Below, one piece after another: positions 29,195 through 39,414 of a DNA stretch of 64,000 bases. How positions within the stretch are numbered: position 1 is the stretch's first letter; each line of letters opens with the position of its first letter. This stretch comes from Rhodospirillaceae bacterium. GTDB taxonomy: Bacteria > Pseudomonadota > Alphaproteobacteria > CACIAM-22H2. The notes under the pieces were generated by a model, which searched no databases, was not told where the DNA came from, and was given only the letters and a program-made list of their open reading frames with translations. The position numbers and the translations under genes were made by a program. The stretch is from NCBI GenBank assembly GCA_027490975.1, contig JAIXXA010000035.1:9164-73163 (forward strand). Reading direction: 5' to 3'.

Positions 29195-30133
29195 ATGGCG
29201 CGCGGCAGGCCGCCCGCACCCAAGCCCGATTTGTCGCGCCACGCGACGCTGTTTCTCGAGATGATGCGCGCCGAGCGCAACGCCTCGGCGCATACCGAGC
29301 GCGCCTATTCGGGCGATCTTGCCGACTACGAAGCCTTTCTCGCCGCGCGCGGCAGCAGCGTGCTCGCATGCGACGCGGCCCTGGCGCGCGCCTACATGGC
29401 CAAGCTTGCCGCCCGCGCATTGAGCCCGCGCAGTGCCGCACGCAGGCTTTCCGCGATGCGCCAGTTGCATCGTTTTCTGCTGGCCGAAAACCATCGCGCC
29501 GACGATCCGCTGACGAGCCTCGAGGCCCCGCGCATCGGCCGACCGCTGCCGAAGATCCTGGCCGAAGACGAAGTCGCCCGTCTCATCGAAGCCGCGCGGC
29601 GCCATGCCGCCAAAGACGGCGGGCGGCTCGTGTGTTTCCTCGAAGTGCTCTATTCGAGCGGCCTGCGCGTGTCGGAATTGGCCGGGCTCAAATTGTCGGC
29701 GCTCGCGCGCGACGGCTCGTTCCTGATCGTGCGCGGCAAGGGCGACAAAGAGCGCCTGATCCCGCTTGCCGCCCCCGCCCTTGCCGCGATCGCGGCGTGG
29801 CGGCAGGGGCGCGACCGGCACAGCCCCAAAGCCGCCCGATCGCCGTATCTTTTCCCGAGCGGGGCCGCAGCCGGGCACCTCACGCCCGCGCGCATTGCCC
29901 AGTTGCTGAAGGCGCTGGCGCCGAAAGCCGGCATCGCCCCGCAGCGCCTGTCGCCGCACGTGCTGCGGCATGCGTTTGCCAGCCACCTCGTCGATCGCGG
30001 GGCCGATCTGCGCGCGGTCCAGCAGATGCTCGGCCATGCCGACATCGCCACAACGCAGATCTACACGCATGTCGGCGGCGAGCGCCTGAAACAGGTCGTG
30101 GCCAAGCACCATCCGCTGGCGCGCCGACGCTAA
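29195..30133 (+). CDS. xerD: site-specific tyrosine recombinase XerD
   Basis: C-terminal catalytic motifs (HVLRHAFASHL, ...LGHADIATTQIYTHV). Adjacent to aroKB as in many alphaproteobacteria. Confidence 0.85.
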   Translation: MARGRPPAPKPDLSRHATLFLEMMRAERNASAHTERAYSGDLADYEAFLAARGSSVLACDAALARAYMAKLAARALSPRSAARRLSAMRQLHRFLLAENHRADDPLTSLEAPRIGRPLPKILAEDEVARLIEAARRHAAKDGGRLVCFLEVLYSSGLRVSELAGLKLSALARDGSFLIVRGKGDKERLIPLAAPALAAIAAWRQGRDRHSPKAARSPYLFPSGAAAGHLTPARIAQLLKALAPKAGIAPQRLSPHVLRHAFASHLVDRGADLRAVQQMLGHADIATTQIYTHVGGERLKQVVAKHHPLARRR

Positions 30134-30253
30134 AAGAGGGTGCGCTTCGCACCCAGAACGGGCGTCTTGCGCTTGTAACGCGCAAATTCAAAGGTTACAC
30201 CAGCAAGACGAACATTTTGCCGGAGTCGCCCGGCGCTGTAAGGAATCCTGCCG

Positions 30254-32371
30254 ATGGCTGCCAAAAAGAAGCCCGCCAAGAAATCCCCCGCGCCTAAACC
30301 CGTTGGGAAAAAGCCGGTCGCCAAGCCGGCAAACGGCAAAAAAGCGACGCAAAAGAAGCCACTTGCGGCCAAAAAGCCGACGCCGGCCAAGAAGCCCGTG
30401 GCGGCCAAGAAGCCCGCACCGCCCGCCAAAAAGGCGCCGGCCGCCAAAAAACTGGCGCCCGCCCCCAAAAAACCGGCGCTTGCGGCCAAGAAACCGGCCC
30501 CGGTGGCCAAAAAGCCGGCCGCCGCGCTGAAATCGCCGCCGAAAACGCCGGCAAAGCCGGCCGCAAAGCCGACCGCAAAGCCGGGGGCGAAGTCGGCAGT
30601 TGCCGTCCCAACGCCGGCCCCCGCAAAATCACCCCCGGCCAAACCGGCCGCGGCAGCCCCGGCGGCCAAATCGGCGCCGGCCAAGGCCCCGCCGGCCAAG
30701 CCCGTCGCCGTTGCCCCGCCGCCGCCGCCCAAACTGCCGGTGAAGGGCCCCGGCGGCACCGTGCTGCCCGACGACGGCGTGAAGCTCGACGCCAAGGTGC
30801 TGCCGGCCCAGCTCGCGGTTCTGACGCCAGAAGCGATCGCCTTCGTGGTCGAACTCGAGCGCAAATTCGGCGCGCGCCGCCGCGAACTTTTGGCCGCGCG
30901 CACGGCCCGCCAGGCGCGCCTCGATGCCGGCGAAAAACCCGATTTTTCGCCGATGACGCGCAGCGTGCGCGAAGGCGACTGGACGGTTGCCCCGCTGCCC
31001 AAAGACATCTTGGACCGCCGCGTCGAAATCACCGGCCCCGTCGACCGCAAGATGGTGATCAACGCGCTGAACAGCGGCGCCAACGTGTTCATGGCCGATT
31101 TCGAGGATGCCTCGGCGCCGTCCTGGAACAATCTCGTCGACGGCCAGATCAATCTGCGCGACGCGATCGCCGGCACCATCGCCTACAGCGATGCGGCATC
31201 GGGCAAAAGCTACAAGCTCAACCCCAAACACGCGGTGCTGTTCGTGCGCCCGCGCGGGCTTGCCCTGCCCGAGAAGCATCTGCTGGTCGACGGCCAGCCG
31301 ATGGCGGGCGCCTTCTTCGATTTCGGTTTCTATTTCTTCCACAACGCCAAAGCGCTGCTCAAAAACGGCTCGGGCCCGTATTTCTACCTGCCCAAGCTCG
31401 AAAGCCATCTCGAGGCGCGGCTGTGGAACGACATTTTTGTGCATTCGCAGACAGCACTCGGCATCAAGACCGGCTCGATCAAGGCGACGGTGCTGATCGA
31501 AACGATCCTCGCCGCCTTCGAGATGGACGAAATCCTCTACGAACTGCGCGAGCATTCGGCCGGGCTCAATTGCGGGCGCTGGGACTACATCTTCAGCTTC
31601 ATCAAGAAATTCGCAACGCGCCCCGCCTGCCTGATGCCCGATCGCGGCCAAGTCACGATGGTGTCGCATTTCATGCGCGCCTACAGCCAGCTCGCGATCA
31701 AGACCTGCCACAAGCGCAACGTGCACGCGATGGGCGGCATGGCCGCACAGATCCCGATCAAAGACGACGCGGCCGCCAACGCGGCCGCCATGGACAAGGT
31801 GCGCGCCGACAAGGAGCGCGAAGCCGCCGACGGCCACGACGGCACGTGGGTGGCGCATCCGGGCCTCGTGGCGATCGCCAAGGCCGCCTTCGACGACAAG
31901 ATGAAAGACGCCAACCAGATCGCGCGCAAACGCCAGGACGTGCACGTGGCGGCGGCCGACCTGCTGCAGGTTCCGGCGGGAACGGCGACCGAAGCGGGCC
32001 TGCGCCAGAACTGTGCGGTCGGCATCGGCTACCTCGAAGCCTGGCTGCGCGGCCAGGGCTGCGTGCCGCTGTACAACCTGATGGAAGACGCCGCCACCGC
32101 CGAAATCAGCCGCGCGCAGGTGTGGCAGCAGCTGCACCACGAAGCGCATCTCGACGACGGGCGTGCGGTCGAAAAACCCTTCGTGCGCAAGATCGTCGAC
32201 GAGGAGCTCGAGAAGCTCAAGAAGAGCGTGGGCGCCGAGCGCTACGCCAAGGGCCGCTACAAAGAGGCGGCCAAGATGTTCCTCGAACTCGTGGAAGCCG
32301 AAACCTTCCCCGAATTCCTGACGCTCCCCGCCTACGACTGGCTCGTCGCCAACGAAGCCAAGCTCGGCTAA
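30254..32371 (+). CDS. aceB: malate synthase A with about 170-aa N-terminal Lys/Ala/Pro-rich histone-H1/AlgP-like repeat extension
   Basis: Residues from about 170 align end-to-end with E. coli AceB (EITGPVDRKMVINALNSGANVFMADFEDA, GLNCGRWDYIFS, CVPLYNLMEDAATAEISR). The N-terminus is (A/P)AKKP repeats with no stop or Met before the catalytic core. AAGGAA SD 9 nt upstream of the 30254 ATG. Confidence 0.85.
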   Translation: MAAKKKPAKKSPAPKPVGKKPVAKPANGKKATQKKPLAAKKPTPAKKPVAAKKPAPPAKKAPAAKKLAPAPKKPALAAKKPAPVAKKPAAALKSPPKTPAKPAAKPTAKPGAKSAVAVPTPAPAKSPPAKPAAAAPAAKSAPAKAPPAKPVAVAPPPPPKLPVKGPGGTVLPDDGVKLDAKVLPAQLAVLTPEAIAFVVELERKFGARRRELLAARTARQARLDAGEKPDFSPMTRSVREGDWTVAPLPKDILDRRVEITGPVDRKMVINALNSGANVFMADFEDASAPSWNNLVDGQINLRDAIAGTIAYSDAASGKSYKLNPKHAVLFVRPRGLALPEKHLLVDGQPMAGAFFDFGFYFFHNAKALLKNGSGPYFYLPKLESHLEARLWNDIFVHSQTALGIKTGSIKATVLIETILAAFEMDEILYELREHSAGLNCGRWDYIFSFIKKFATRPACLMPDRGQVTMVSHFMRAYSQLAIKTCHKRNVHAMGGMAAQIPIKDDAAANAAAMDKVRADKEREAADGHDGTWVAHPGLVAIAKAAFDDKMKDANQIARKRQDVHVAAADLLQVPAGTATEAGLRQNCAVGIGYLEAWLRGQGCVPLYNLMEDAATAEISRAQVWQQLHHEAHLDDGRAVEKPFVRKIVDEELEKLKKSVGAERYAKGRYKEAAKMFLELVEAETFPEFLTLPAYDWLVANEAKLG
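30263..30760 (+). repeat. imperfect tandem repeat of gccaagaagccggc(c)-type units encoding the KAP-rich tract
   Basis: Direct reading of 30263-30760 shows repeated gccaagaagcccg/gccaaaaagccggc units. Confidence 0.7.
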
Positions 32372-32382
32372 GGGCGCAAGCC

Positions 32383-33327
32383 ATGCCCAATTCGATTCCG
32401 CTGCGCCTCAACCGCACCGAGCTTGCAGTACCTGCAAGCCGCCCCGAACTTTTCGCCAAGGCGGCACGCTCGGGTGCCGACGTCGTGTTTCTCGATCTCG
32501 AAGACGCGGTCGCCCCGTCCGACAAGGTCAAGGCCCGCAAGAACGCGATCGAAGCGCTCAACGACATCGACTGGGCGGCCGTCGGCAAAACGATTTCGGT
32601 GCGCGTCAACGGGGCCGATACCGAATGGATGTATCGCGACCTCGTCGATCTCGTCGAAAAGGCCGGCAATCGCCTCGATCTCCTGATGCTGCCCAAAGTG
32701 AACCGCGTCGAAGACGTGCTCGCGGTCGACATGTGGCTCACGCAGATCGAGCGCGCCAGAAAGATCGAGCGGCGTATCGGGCTCGAACTTCTGATCGAAA
32801 CCGCCCAAGGCCTTGCGAACGTCGAGGCGATCGCAAGTGCCGCCCCGCGCGTCGAATCGCTGATTTTCGGCGTGGGCGACTTTGCCGCCTCGACCGGCAT
32901 GCGCACGACCAATATCGGCGGGCTGTCGGCGCAATATGCCGTGGACGGCAAACAGGCCGACATCTGGCACTACGCGCTCGCGCGCATCGTGGTGGCCGCG
33001 CGTGCCGCGGGCAAACGGCCGGTCGACGGGCCATATGCGGATTTCAACGATCCGCTCGGCATGAAGGAATCGGCGCTTCGGGCGGCGGCATTGGGCTGCG
33101 AGGGGAAGATGATGATCCATCCTTCGCAGATCGCCACGGTCAACGACGTGTTCACGCCCGACCCGATGGAGGTCGAGCGCGCGCGCGCGATTCTGCTCGC
33201 CATGGACGCCGCCGCCGACGAGGGCCAGGGTGCAGCCACCTTCGAGGGCCGCTTGATCGACATCGCCTCGATCCGCCAAGCGCGCGCGATCGTGGCCAAA
33301 CACGGGCAGATTCGCGGCCACGACTGA
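32383..33327 (+). CDS. mcl: HpcH/CitE-family CoA-ester lyase, most similar to L-malyl-CoA/beta-methylmalyl-CoA lyase
   Basis: Near-colinear similarity to Rhodobacter Mcl1 (DVVFLDLEDAVAP, PKV..., GKMMIHPSQIA...VFTP). 314 aa. Confidence 0.75.
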   Translation: MPNSIPLRLNRTELAVPASRPELFAKAARSGADVVFLDLEDAVAPSDKVKARKNAIEALNDIDWAAVGKTISVRVNGADTEWMYRDLVDLVEKAGNRLDLLMLPKVNRVEDVLAVDMWLTQIERARKIERRIGLELLIETAQGLANVEAIASAAPRVESLIFGVGDFAASTGMRTTNIGGLSAQYAVDGKQADIWHYALARIVVAARAAGKRPVDGPYADFNDPLGMKESALRAAALGCEGKMMIHPSQIATVNDVFTPDPMEVERARAILLAMDAAADEGQGAATFEGRLIDIASIRQARAIVAKHGQIRGHD

Positions 33328-33394
33328 GCCGCCAGACCGGCGTCCAAAAGGGGTCTGGACGCATGCTTTTTCCATGCTATAGACCCAGCCCAAC

Positions 33395-34348
33395 ATGGCC
33401 CATTATCTGGAATTCGAAAAGCCGATCGCCGAACTTGAAGGCAAGATCGAGGAGCTGAAGCGCCTGACCGGCGACGGCACCCTCAATATTGCCGACGAGG
33501 TCGCCAAGCTGCAGGCGAAGGTCGATCGGCAGATCCGCACGGTCTATGCCAAGCTCACGGCTTGGCAAAAAGTGCAGGTTGCCCGCCATCCCGAGCGCCC
33601 GCACTGCAAGGAGTTCGTGGCCGGCCTCATCGACGGATTCACCCCGCTCGCCGGCGACCGGCTGTTTGCCGACGACGCGGCCATCATCGGCGGCATTGGG
33701 CGTTTCCGCGGCCAATCGGTCGTGGTGATCGGGCAGGAGAAGGGCTCGGACACCGAAAGCCGCATCAAGCACAATTTCGGCATGGCCAAGCCCGAGGGCT
33801 ACCGCAAGGCCCAGCGCTTGATGGCGCTGGCCGACCGCTTCGCGCTGCCGGTCATCTCGCTGATCGACACGGCGGGCGCTTATCCGGGTATCGACGCCGA
33901 AGCGCGCGGCCAGGCCGAAGCCATCGCCAAGACGATCGAAGCGGGCTTGCGCATCAAAGTGCCGTTCGTGGCGGCCGTGCTCGGCGAGGGCGGATCGGGC
34001 GGCGCCATCGCGATCGCGTCTGCCAACAAGGTGCTGATGCTCGAACACGCGGTCTATTCCGTGATCTCGCCCGAGGGCTGCGCCTCGATCCTGTGGCGCG
34101 CGGCCGACCAGGCGCAGGTCGCGGCCGAAGCGCTGAAGCTCACGGCCCAGGATCTGCTGAAGCTCGGCGTGATCGACGGCATTGTGGCCGAACCGCTGGG
34201 CGGCGCCCATCGCGGCAAACAAGAAACGATCGCCGCCTTGGGCGACGCGATCGCGGCGTCGCTCGCCGAGATGAAGGGCATCGACGGCGGCGTGCTGCGC
34301 GCGCGCCGGCGCGACAAATTCCTCGATATGGGTCGCCGGGGCCTTTGA
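33395..34348 (+). CDS. accA: acetyl-CoA carboxylase carboxyltransferase subunit alpha
   Basis: [11 protein letters not shown] start and AccA core motifs. 317 aa. Confidence 0.9.
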   Translation: MAHYLEFEKPIAELEGKIEELKRLTGDGTLNIADEVAKLQAKVDRQIRTVYAKLTAWQKVQVARHPERPHCKEFVAGLIDGFTPLAGDRLFADDAAIIGGIGRFRGQSVVVIGQEKGSDTESRIKHNFGMAKPEGYRKAQRLMALADRFALPVISLIDTAGAYPGIDAEARGQAEAIAKTIEAGLRIKVPFVAAVLGEGGSGGAIAIASANKVLMLEHAVYSVISPEGCASILWRAADQAQVAAEALKLTAQDLLKLGVIDGIVAEPLGGAHRGKQETIAALGDAIAASLAEMKGIDGGVLRARRRDKFLDMGRRGL

Positions 34349-35349
34349 GCGAGGGGGCCGACCCCGCCGCGTTGCTGGCAGCCATCCGCAGCGGCGAACG
34401 GCGCGCCCTCGCCCGTGCGATCACCCTCGTCGAATCGACGGCCGCACACGACCGCGCCCGCGCCGACGAATTGCTGGCCCTGCTGCGCCCGCAAACCACG
34501 TCGCCCATCGTGCGCATCGGCATTTCGGGCCCGCCGGGGGCCGGCAAATCGACCTTCATCGAAGCTTTCGGGCTCTATCTCCTCGCGCAAGGGCGCAAGC
34601 CCGCCGTCCTCGCGGTCGATCCGTCCTCGCCGGTGTCCGGTGGCTCGATCCTCGGCGACAAAACACGCATGGAATTGCTCGCACGCGACGCGCGCGCTTT
34701 CATCCGCCCGTCGCCCTCGGGCGGCAATCTGGGCGGGGTTGCGCGCCGCACGCGCGAGGCGTCGCTGCTGTGCGAGGCGGCCGGGTTCGACACGATCCTC
34801 ATCGAGACCGTCGGCGTGGGCCAGTCCGAAACGGCCGTGGCGCAGATGGTCGATCTTTTCATGCTGCTGCTGCCGCCGGCCGGCGGCGACGAATTGCAGG
34901 GCATCAAAAAAGGCATTGTCGAGCTCGCCGACCTCGTCGCCATCAACAAGTCCGACGGCGATCTCGAGGCGGCGGCGGGCCGCACGGCCGCGGACTATGC
35001 GGCTGCTTTGCACATGCTGCGCCCATCCAACGCCGCTTGGCATCCGCCGGTCCAGCGCGTGTCGTCGCTGCACGGCGCCGGCATCGCCGAGATTTGGGCG
35101 GCGATCCTCGCCCATCGCGCGGCCCTGGGGGCAGACGGGCTCGCCGCCAAGCGCACCGCCCAGGCCAAGACCACCCTATGGCGCGAAATCGAAGAGGGAC
35201 TCGTCGAAATCCTAACCAGCGACCCGCCCCTCAGAAATCTCGTCGAATCGGAAGAAAGCAAGGTATTTCAAGGCATTAAAAGCCCCTACAAGGCTGCCGC
35301 GGCGATTTTGGCGGCCCTGCGCGGAGGGGCTGCCAAAGGCAGCGGTTGA
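34345..35349 (+). CDS. meaB: methylmalonyl-CoA mutase-associated GTPase MeaB (ArgK family)
   Basis: [16 protein letters not shown]-loop [22 protein letters not shown]. Putative TTG start overlapping the accA TGA; start uncertain. Confidence 0.75.
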   Translation: MSEGADPAALLAAIRSGERRALARAITLVESTAAHDRARADELLALLRPQTTSPIVRIGISGPPGAGKSTFIEAFGLYLLAQGRKPAVLAVDPSSPVSGGSILGDKTRMELLARDARAFIRPSPSGGNLGGVARRTREASLLCEAAGFDTILIETVGVGQSETAVAQMVDLFMLLLPPAGGDELQGIKKGIVELADLVAINKSDGDLEAAAGRTAADYAAALHMLRPSNAAWHPPVQRVSSLHGAGIAEIWAAILAHRAALGADGLAAKRTAQAKTTLWREIEEGLVEILTSDPPLRNLVESEESKVFQGIKSPYKAAAAILAALRGGAAKGSG

Positions 35350-35431
35350 CGGCACGCGCGCCAGACCCTAAAACCGCCCCCTCTTTGCTGTGCCCCGGGC
35401 TGTCAGGGGCGTTTTGGATGAGGGTTCGATT

Positions 35432-35725
35432 ATGTCGCGTCGCTGCATGGTAAGCGGAAAAGGTCCGCTGGTCGGCAACAATGTGTCGCACGCCAACAAC
35501 AAGACGAAGCGCCGCTTCCTGCCCAATCTGCAGGACACGACGCTGCTGTCCGACGTGCTTGGCCGCTCGGTGCGCGTGCGCCTGTCGACCAACGGGCTCA
35601 AGACCGTCGAACATTCGGGCGGTCTCGATGCGTGGCTCGTGAAGACGCCCGCCGCCAAACTCGACAAGCAGATGCGCCGCTTGAAGGACCAGGTCAAGGA
35701 AGCGCTCGAGAAGCGCGCCGCCTGA
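35432..35725 (+). CDS. rpmB: 50S ribosomal protein L28
   Basis: [33 protein letters not shown] matches the L28 family. GAGGG SD. Confidence 0.9.
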   Translation: MSRRCMVSGKGPLVGNNVSHANNKTKRRFLPNLQDTTLLSDVLGRSVRVRLSTNGLKTVEHSGGLDAWLVKTPAAKLDKQMRRLKDQVKEALEKRAA

Positions 35726-35795
35726 TCGCCTTCGACCGGTACGCAAAAGGATAATCAAAAACACGATCATCCTTGTTTCCGATACAAGACCTCGA

Positions 35796-35829
35796 AAGCC
35801 CGCCCATGCACCGGCGGGCTTTTTTTTGC
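35796..35829 (+). terminator. rho-independent terminator after rpmB
   Basis: GC stem gcccgcc / ggcgggc with a 7-nt loop, followed by a run of 8 T. Confidence 0.8.
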
Positions 35830-35840
35830 CTCGGCTGCGC

Positions 35841-36836
35841 CTATGCGCGGGGAAGCGCAAACACCGCCAGCAGCGTGCGCTGGAGCGACATGTAGTTGTC
35901 GTCGGCGATGAGCCAGAGCAGCGTTTCGCCGTTGGGGTCGCGCGTGGCGGCGATGCCCTCGTAATTGTCGACGAGCAGCGGCGGGCGCAGGCGGGCGAGT
36001 TCCACGCCTTCCACGACCGCATCGGCGATCCACGCCCCCGCCGCAACGCGCACGAGCCGGGTGGCGAAGCCGCCGAAGAGCAGCGAAAAACTGCGCTCGA
36101 GCACGATGCTTGAGCCGTCGTCGAGCACGCACATCCCGACGGGTGCGAAATCGGCGGCCGCGCGGTAATTGAGCTTGGCCCAGCCGCTCGGCGTCTGGAC
36201 GAAGCCGCGATGCAATCCCGCTTCGAGCCCTTCTTCGAGCAAGGTCACCAATGCACCGCTCGGCAGGCAGGCGAGCGCTTCCATGCCGCCATTGCGCGGC
36301 GTGTCCGCCAAAGGCGGACTGGGGATCGCGCGCGGCGGTCGCGAGAAGGGCGACTCGGCCGGCGGATAGGCGAGGATGCGGTGGCGCTGCTCGAAGCTCA
36401 CGGCAAAGCCGCCGTCGGGCAAGCGCGCGAGCCCTTCGGCGTCGCTGTCGGCGCGCAAAATCGGCTTTCCGTCGGGTCCTGCGAGACGGCCCAAACGCGC
36501 ATTGCCCAGGCCCTGCAAATGTCCGTCGAAGAGGATGGCCGCATCGAGCGTCCAGCCGCGATCCGAGATCGCGACAAGGCGCTTGTTGGCGGCATCGATC
36601 CACAGATCGGACCAGCCGCCGAAACGCCTGTCGGGCGATTGGAGCCACAGCCCGCCGCGCCACGCAAGCGCACCGACCCGCGTCGGTGCCGGTGCAAGCT
36701 CGGATGCGCGCTCTTCGAGCGGCATTTTGTGGGCGCCGAGTTCGATGGGCTCGGCAGCGCGCGCAAAACCCGGAAACGACAACGCGGCGAGCGCACCGCC
36801 GCCAAGGGCAAGTGCGCTGCGCCGCGTTGGGTGCAT
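35841..36836 (-). CDS. esterase-like activity of phytase family protein (secreted)
   Basis: Tat-type signal MHPTRRSALALGGGALAALSFPGFARA. Beta-propeller phytase-like-esterase family composition. Confidence 0.65.
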   Translation of the reverse strand: MHPTRRSALALGGGALAALSFPGFARAAEPIELGAHKMPLEERASELAPAPTRVGALAWRGGLWLQSPDRRFGGWSDLWIDAANKRLVAISDRGWTLDAAILFDGHLQGLGNARLGRLAGPDGKPILRADSDAEGLARLPDGGFAVSFEQRHRILAYPPAESPFSRPPRAIPSPPLADTPRNGGMEALACLPSGALVTLLEEGLEAGLHRGFVQTPSGWAKLNYRAAADFAPVGMCVLDDGSSIVLERSFSLLFGGFATRLVRVAAGAWIADAVVEGVELARLRPPLLVDNYEGIAATRDPNGETLLWLIADDNYMSLQRTLLAVFALPRA

Positions 36837-36851
36837 CGGCGGTGCGCGCGC

Positions 36852-37757
36852 TTAGGCGAGCGTGCGCGCGAACCAGGCTTCCAGACGGCGCCAACCGTCG
36901 CGCGCCTGCTCGGGCCGGTAGCTCGGCCGGTAATCGGCATGGAACGCGTGCGGCGTGTCGGGATAGGTCACGATTTCCGACGCCGTGTTGCCCGCGGCGC
37001 GCAGGGCCGCGCGCATGCGGTCCACGCCTTCGTTCGGGATGCCGGCATCGGCGCCGCCGTAAAGGCCCAGGATCGGCGCCTTGATGCGCGCGACCTGCTG
37101 GATTGGGTGCTGCGTGCGCATGGCGTTGGTTTCGCCCTCGACCACGCCGTACCAAGCCACGCCCGATTTGACGCCCGGATTGTGCGCGGAATAGAGCCAC
37201 ACGACGCGCCCGCCCCAGCAGAAGCCGGTGATGCCGAGCTTGCTCGTGTCGCCCTTGCCGACGTCGCGGCCGGCCCAACGCACGGTCGCGTCGATGTCGG
37301 TCATGACTTCGGCGTCGGGAACCTTCGCCACGATGTCGCGCAGCACGGTCTGCACGTCGGGCGCCGTCGCGGGATTTCCGTGGCGGAAATAGAGCTCGGG
37401 TGCGACGGCAAGGTAGCCGGCCTTGGCCAGGCGGCGGCACACGTCTTTGATGTATTCGTGCACGCCGAAGATTTCCTGCACCACGATCACGGTGGCAAAA
37501 TGGTCGCCTTGCGCGGGGCGCGCATAGTAGGCGGGCATGCCGCCGGTTGCCGTCGGCACCGTCACCATGCCGGCAGCAAGGCCGACCGTGTCGGTCGTGA
37601 TCATGGTCTGGGCCTGCACGGGACCCGCCGCAATGGCAAAGCCGGTGGCAATGCCTGCACCCGCCATGAAGCCGCGGCGGCCGACCGGCAAGGCCGGCGG
37701 CTGCAGCGAAGTTTTCTGCGAGTCGAGGAGATCGGTGGGGCGAATATCGTCGGGCAT
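36852..37757 (-). CDS. dienelactone hydrolase family protein (Tat signal)
   Basis: Start MPDDIRPTDLL...RRGFMAGAG (twin-arginine). DLH motifs GFCWGG (nucleophile elbow) and ...H. The listed 800-aa ORF is a composite. Confidence 0.8.
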   Translation of the reverse strand: MPDDIRPTDLLDSQKTSLQPPALPVGRRGFMAGAGIATGFAIAAGPVQAQTMITTDTVGLAAGMVTVPTATGGMPAYYARPAQGDHFATVIVVQEIFGVHEYIKDVCRRLAKAGYLAVAPELYFRHGNPATAPDVQTVLRDIVAKVPDAEVMTDIDATVRWAGRDVGKGDTSKLGITGFCWGGRVVWLYSAHNPGVKSGVAWYGVVEGETNAMRTQHPIQQVARIKAPILGLYGGADAGIPNEGVDRMRAALRAAGNTASEIVTYPDTPHAFHADYRPSYRPEQARDGWRRLEAWFARTLA

Positions 37758-37792
37758 GTTCGATCCTTCCAAATTGAGGGGGGGTGGAATTT

Positions 37793-39397
37793 TCAGCGTG
37801 TCACAATGCGTCCGTCGGTCGGGACCCGCACCGGCGAGTTGGCGCGGACATATGAGGCCAGGGCATCGTCGAGGCCCGGGCCAAAATCGTAGGGATCGAT
37901 GGCACTGTCGCGCAGCACGGTGTAGCCGTCGCCGCCGCGGCGCATGAAGTCGTTCGTCGCGATCGAATAGATCGCGTTCGGATCGAACGGACCGAAACTG
38001 CCGTCGGCGCGGCGCAGCTCGACCGAAACGACGCGGCTGCCCACGGGGCGCGAGACGTCCCACGTGTAGCGCACGCCCGCGACCTGCGGGAAACGCCCGC
38101 CGCCTTGCGCCACCTGCGACAGGCCGTTTTCGAGCGCCGCCACGAAATCGCTGCCCTTGAGCTTCAGCGTCGCGACCGAGTTCTGGAACGGCAGCGTGGT
38201 GAGAACCGCACCCAGGCGGATTTCGCCGGCCGCAATGCCGGCGCGCAGGCCGCCGCCGTTCTGCAGCGCGATCTGCGTGCCCTGGCCGCGCGTGGCGGCG
38301 AGCATCGCTTCGGCGACGAGATTGCCGAGGGCGCATTCGCGGGCCCGGCAGCCGTCGAGCGTGTAGTCGATGGCACCCTGGCCCACGCGCGTTTCGCGCA
38401 CCTGGGCGAGCGGTCCGTCGAGCCGGTCGATCGTCGCCTGGATGGCCGCATGCGGCACCACCGATTGCGGGATCAGGATCGTGTTGCCCGACGCCGCCAC
38501 GACGTTGCCGGCCGCGTCGAAATCGATGTCCAAGCGTCCGACATGGCGCGAGAAGGCGCCTGCCTGCACGATCGGCACGTCGCGGCCCGACGGGTTCTTG
38601 ACGAGGGTGGGATACGGCCCTTGCGCGCCGTCGATGCCGTTGCCGAGCAGCGTGTGCGAATGGCCGCCGACGATCGCGTCGATGCCGTCCACGGCGGCCG
38701 CCACCTCGCGGTCGCGCGGCAAGCCCAGATGCGAGAGCAGCACGATGTGCGTAACGCCCTCGCTGCGCAGCCTGGCCACGAGCGGGCGCAGCACGTCTTC
38801 GGCCTTCGCGAAGCGCAAGCGCGGGCCCGGCGACGCGATTTCGGGCGTGTCTTCGGTCGTGGCCCCCACGACCGCGATCTTCACGCCCGCGCGCACGAGC
38901 ACGACATGGCTTTTGAACAGGTCGCGCAGCACGGGCTCGGTGCCGGCGTCGATATTGGCCGACAGCACGGGGAAACGGGCTGCGCGCAGGAAGCGCGCGA
39001 AGTTTTCCGGGCCGTCGTCGAATTCGTGGTTGCCGATCGCCATCGCATCGTAGCCGACCTGGCTCATCACTTCGAGTTCGGCCGAGCCCTTGTAGTGGCT
39101 GTAGAAAAGCGAACCTTGGAACTGGTCGCCGGCATCGAGCGTGAGCACTTGGCGGCCGGCCGCTTCGGCTGCGGCCTTCTGGGTCTGCAGCGTGGTGGCC
39201 ACGCGCGCCATGCCGCCGAAGCAGCGATTCTGCGCGGCATCCTGGGCCGAACACGTGCTGCTCTGCGCATTGACCGGCTGCAGGCGCGAATGGATGTCGT
39301 TGTTGTGCAGGATGGTGAGCTTGAGCGGCGCGGGCGGCTCGCCCGCGCAGGCGCCGAGGCCCAACGCCAGCAACGAAGCGAACAGGATCTTGCGCAT
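37793..39397 (-). CDS. bifunctional metallophosphatase/5'-nucleotidase (UshA-like lipoprotein)
   Basis: Start MRKILFASLLALGLGACAG (lipobox). Calcineurin-like motifs (DAGDQFQG, GNHEFD, GGHSH) plus a 5'-nucleotidase C-terminal domain. GGAGAA SD. Confidence 0.85.
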   Translation of the reverse strand: MRKILFASLLALGLGACAGEPPAPLKLTILHNNDIHSRLQPVNAQSSTCSAQDAAQNRCFGGMARVATTLQTQKAAAEAAGRQVLTLDAGDQFQGSLFYSHYKGSAELEVMSQVGYDAMAIGNHEFDDGPENFARFLRAARFPVLSANIDAGTEPVLRDLFKSHVVLVRAGVKIAVVGATTEDTPEIASPGPRLRFAKAEDVLRPLVARLRSEGVTHIVLLSHLGLPRDREVAAAVDGIDAIVGGHSHTLLGNGIDGAQGPYPTLVKNPSGRDVPIVQAGAFSRHVGRLDIDFDAAGNVVAASGNTILIPQSVVPHAAIQATIDRLDGPLAQVRETRVGQGAIDYTLDGCRARECALGNLVAEAMLAATRGQGTQIALQNGGGLRAGIAAGEIRLGAVLTTLPFQNSVATLKLKGSDFVAALENGLSQVAQGGGRFPQVAGVRYTWDVSRPVGSRVVSVELRRADGSFGPFDPNAIYSIATNDFMRRGGDGYTVLRDSAIDPYDFGPGLDDALASYVRANSPVRVPTDGRIVTR

Positions 39398-39414
39398 GGG
39401 TTTTCTCCGGACGG

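Noticed and set aside
29195-30133. XerD as a marker of a mobile element
   Set aside because: The neighbours (aroK, aroB, malate synthase) are core metabolic genes. No flanking repeats or GC shift are seen.
36852-39254. 800-aa listed ORF treated as one gene
   Set aside because: Only the C-terminal 301 aa (dienelactone hydrolase, with a Tat signal at the internal Met) is a real protein. The upstream 500 aa is an out-of-frame shadow of the 5'-nucleotidase gene.
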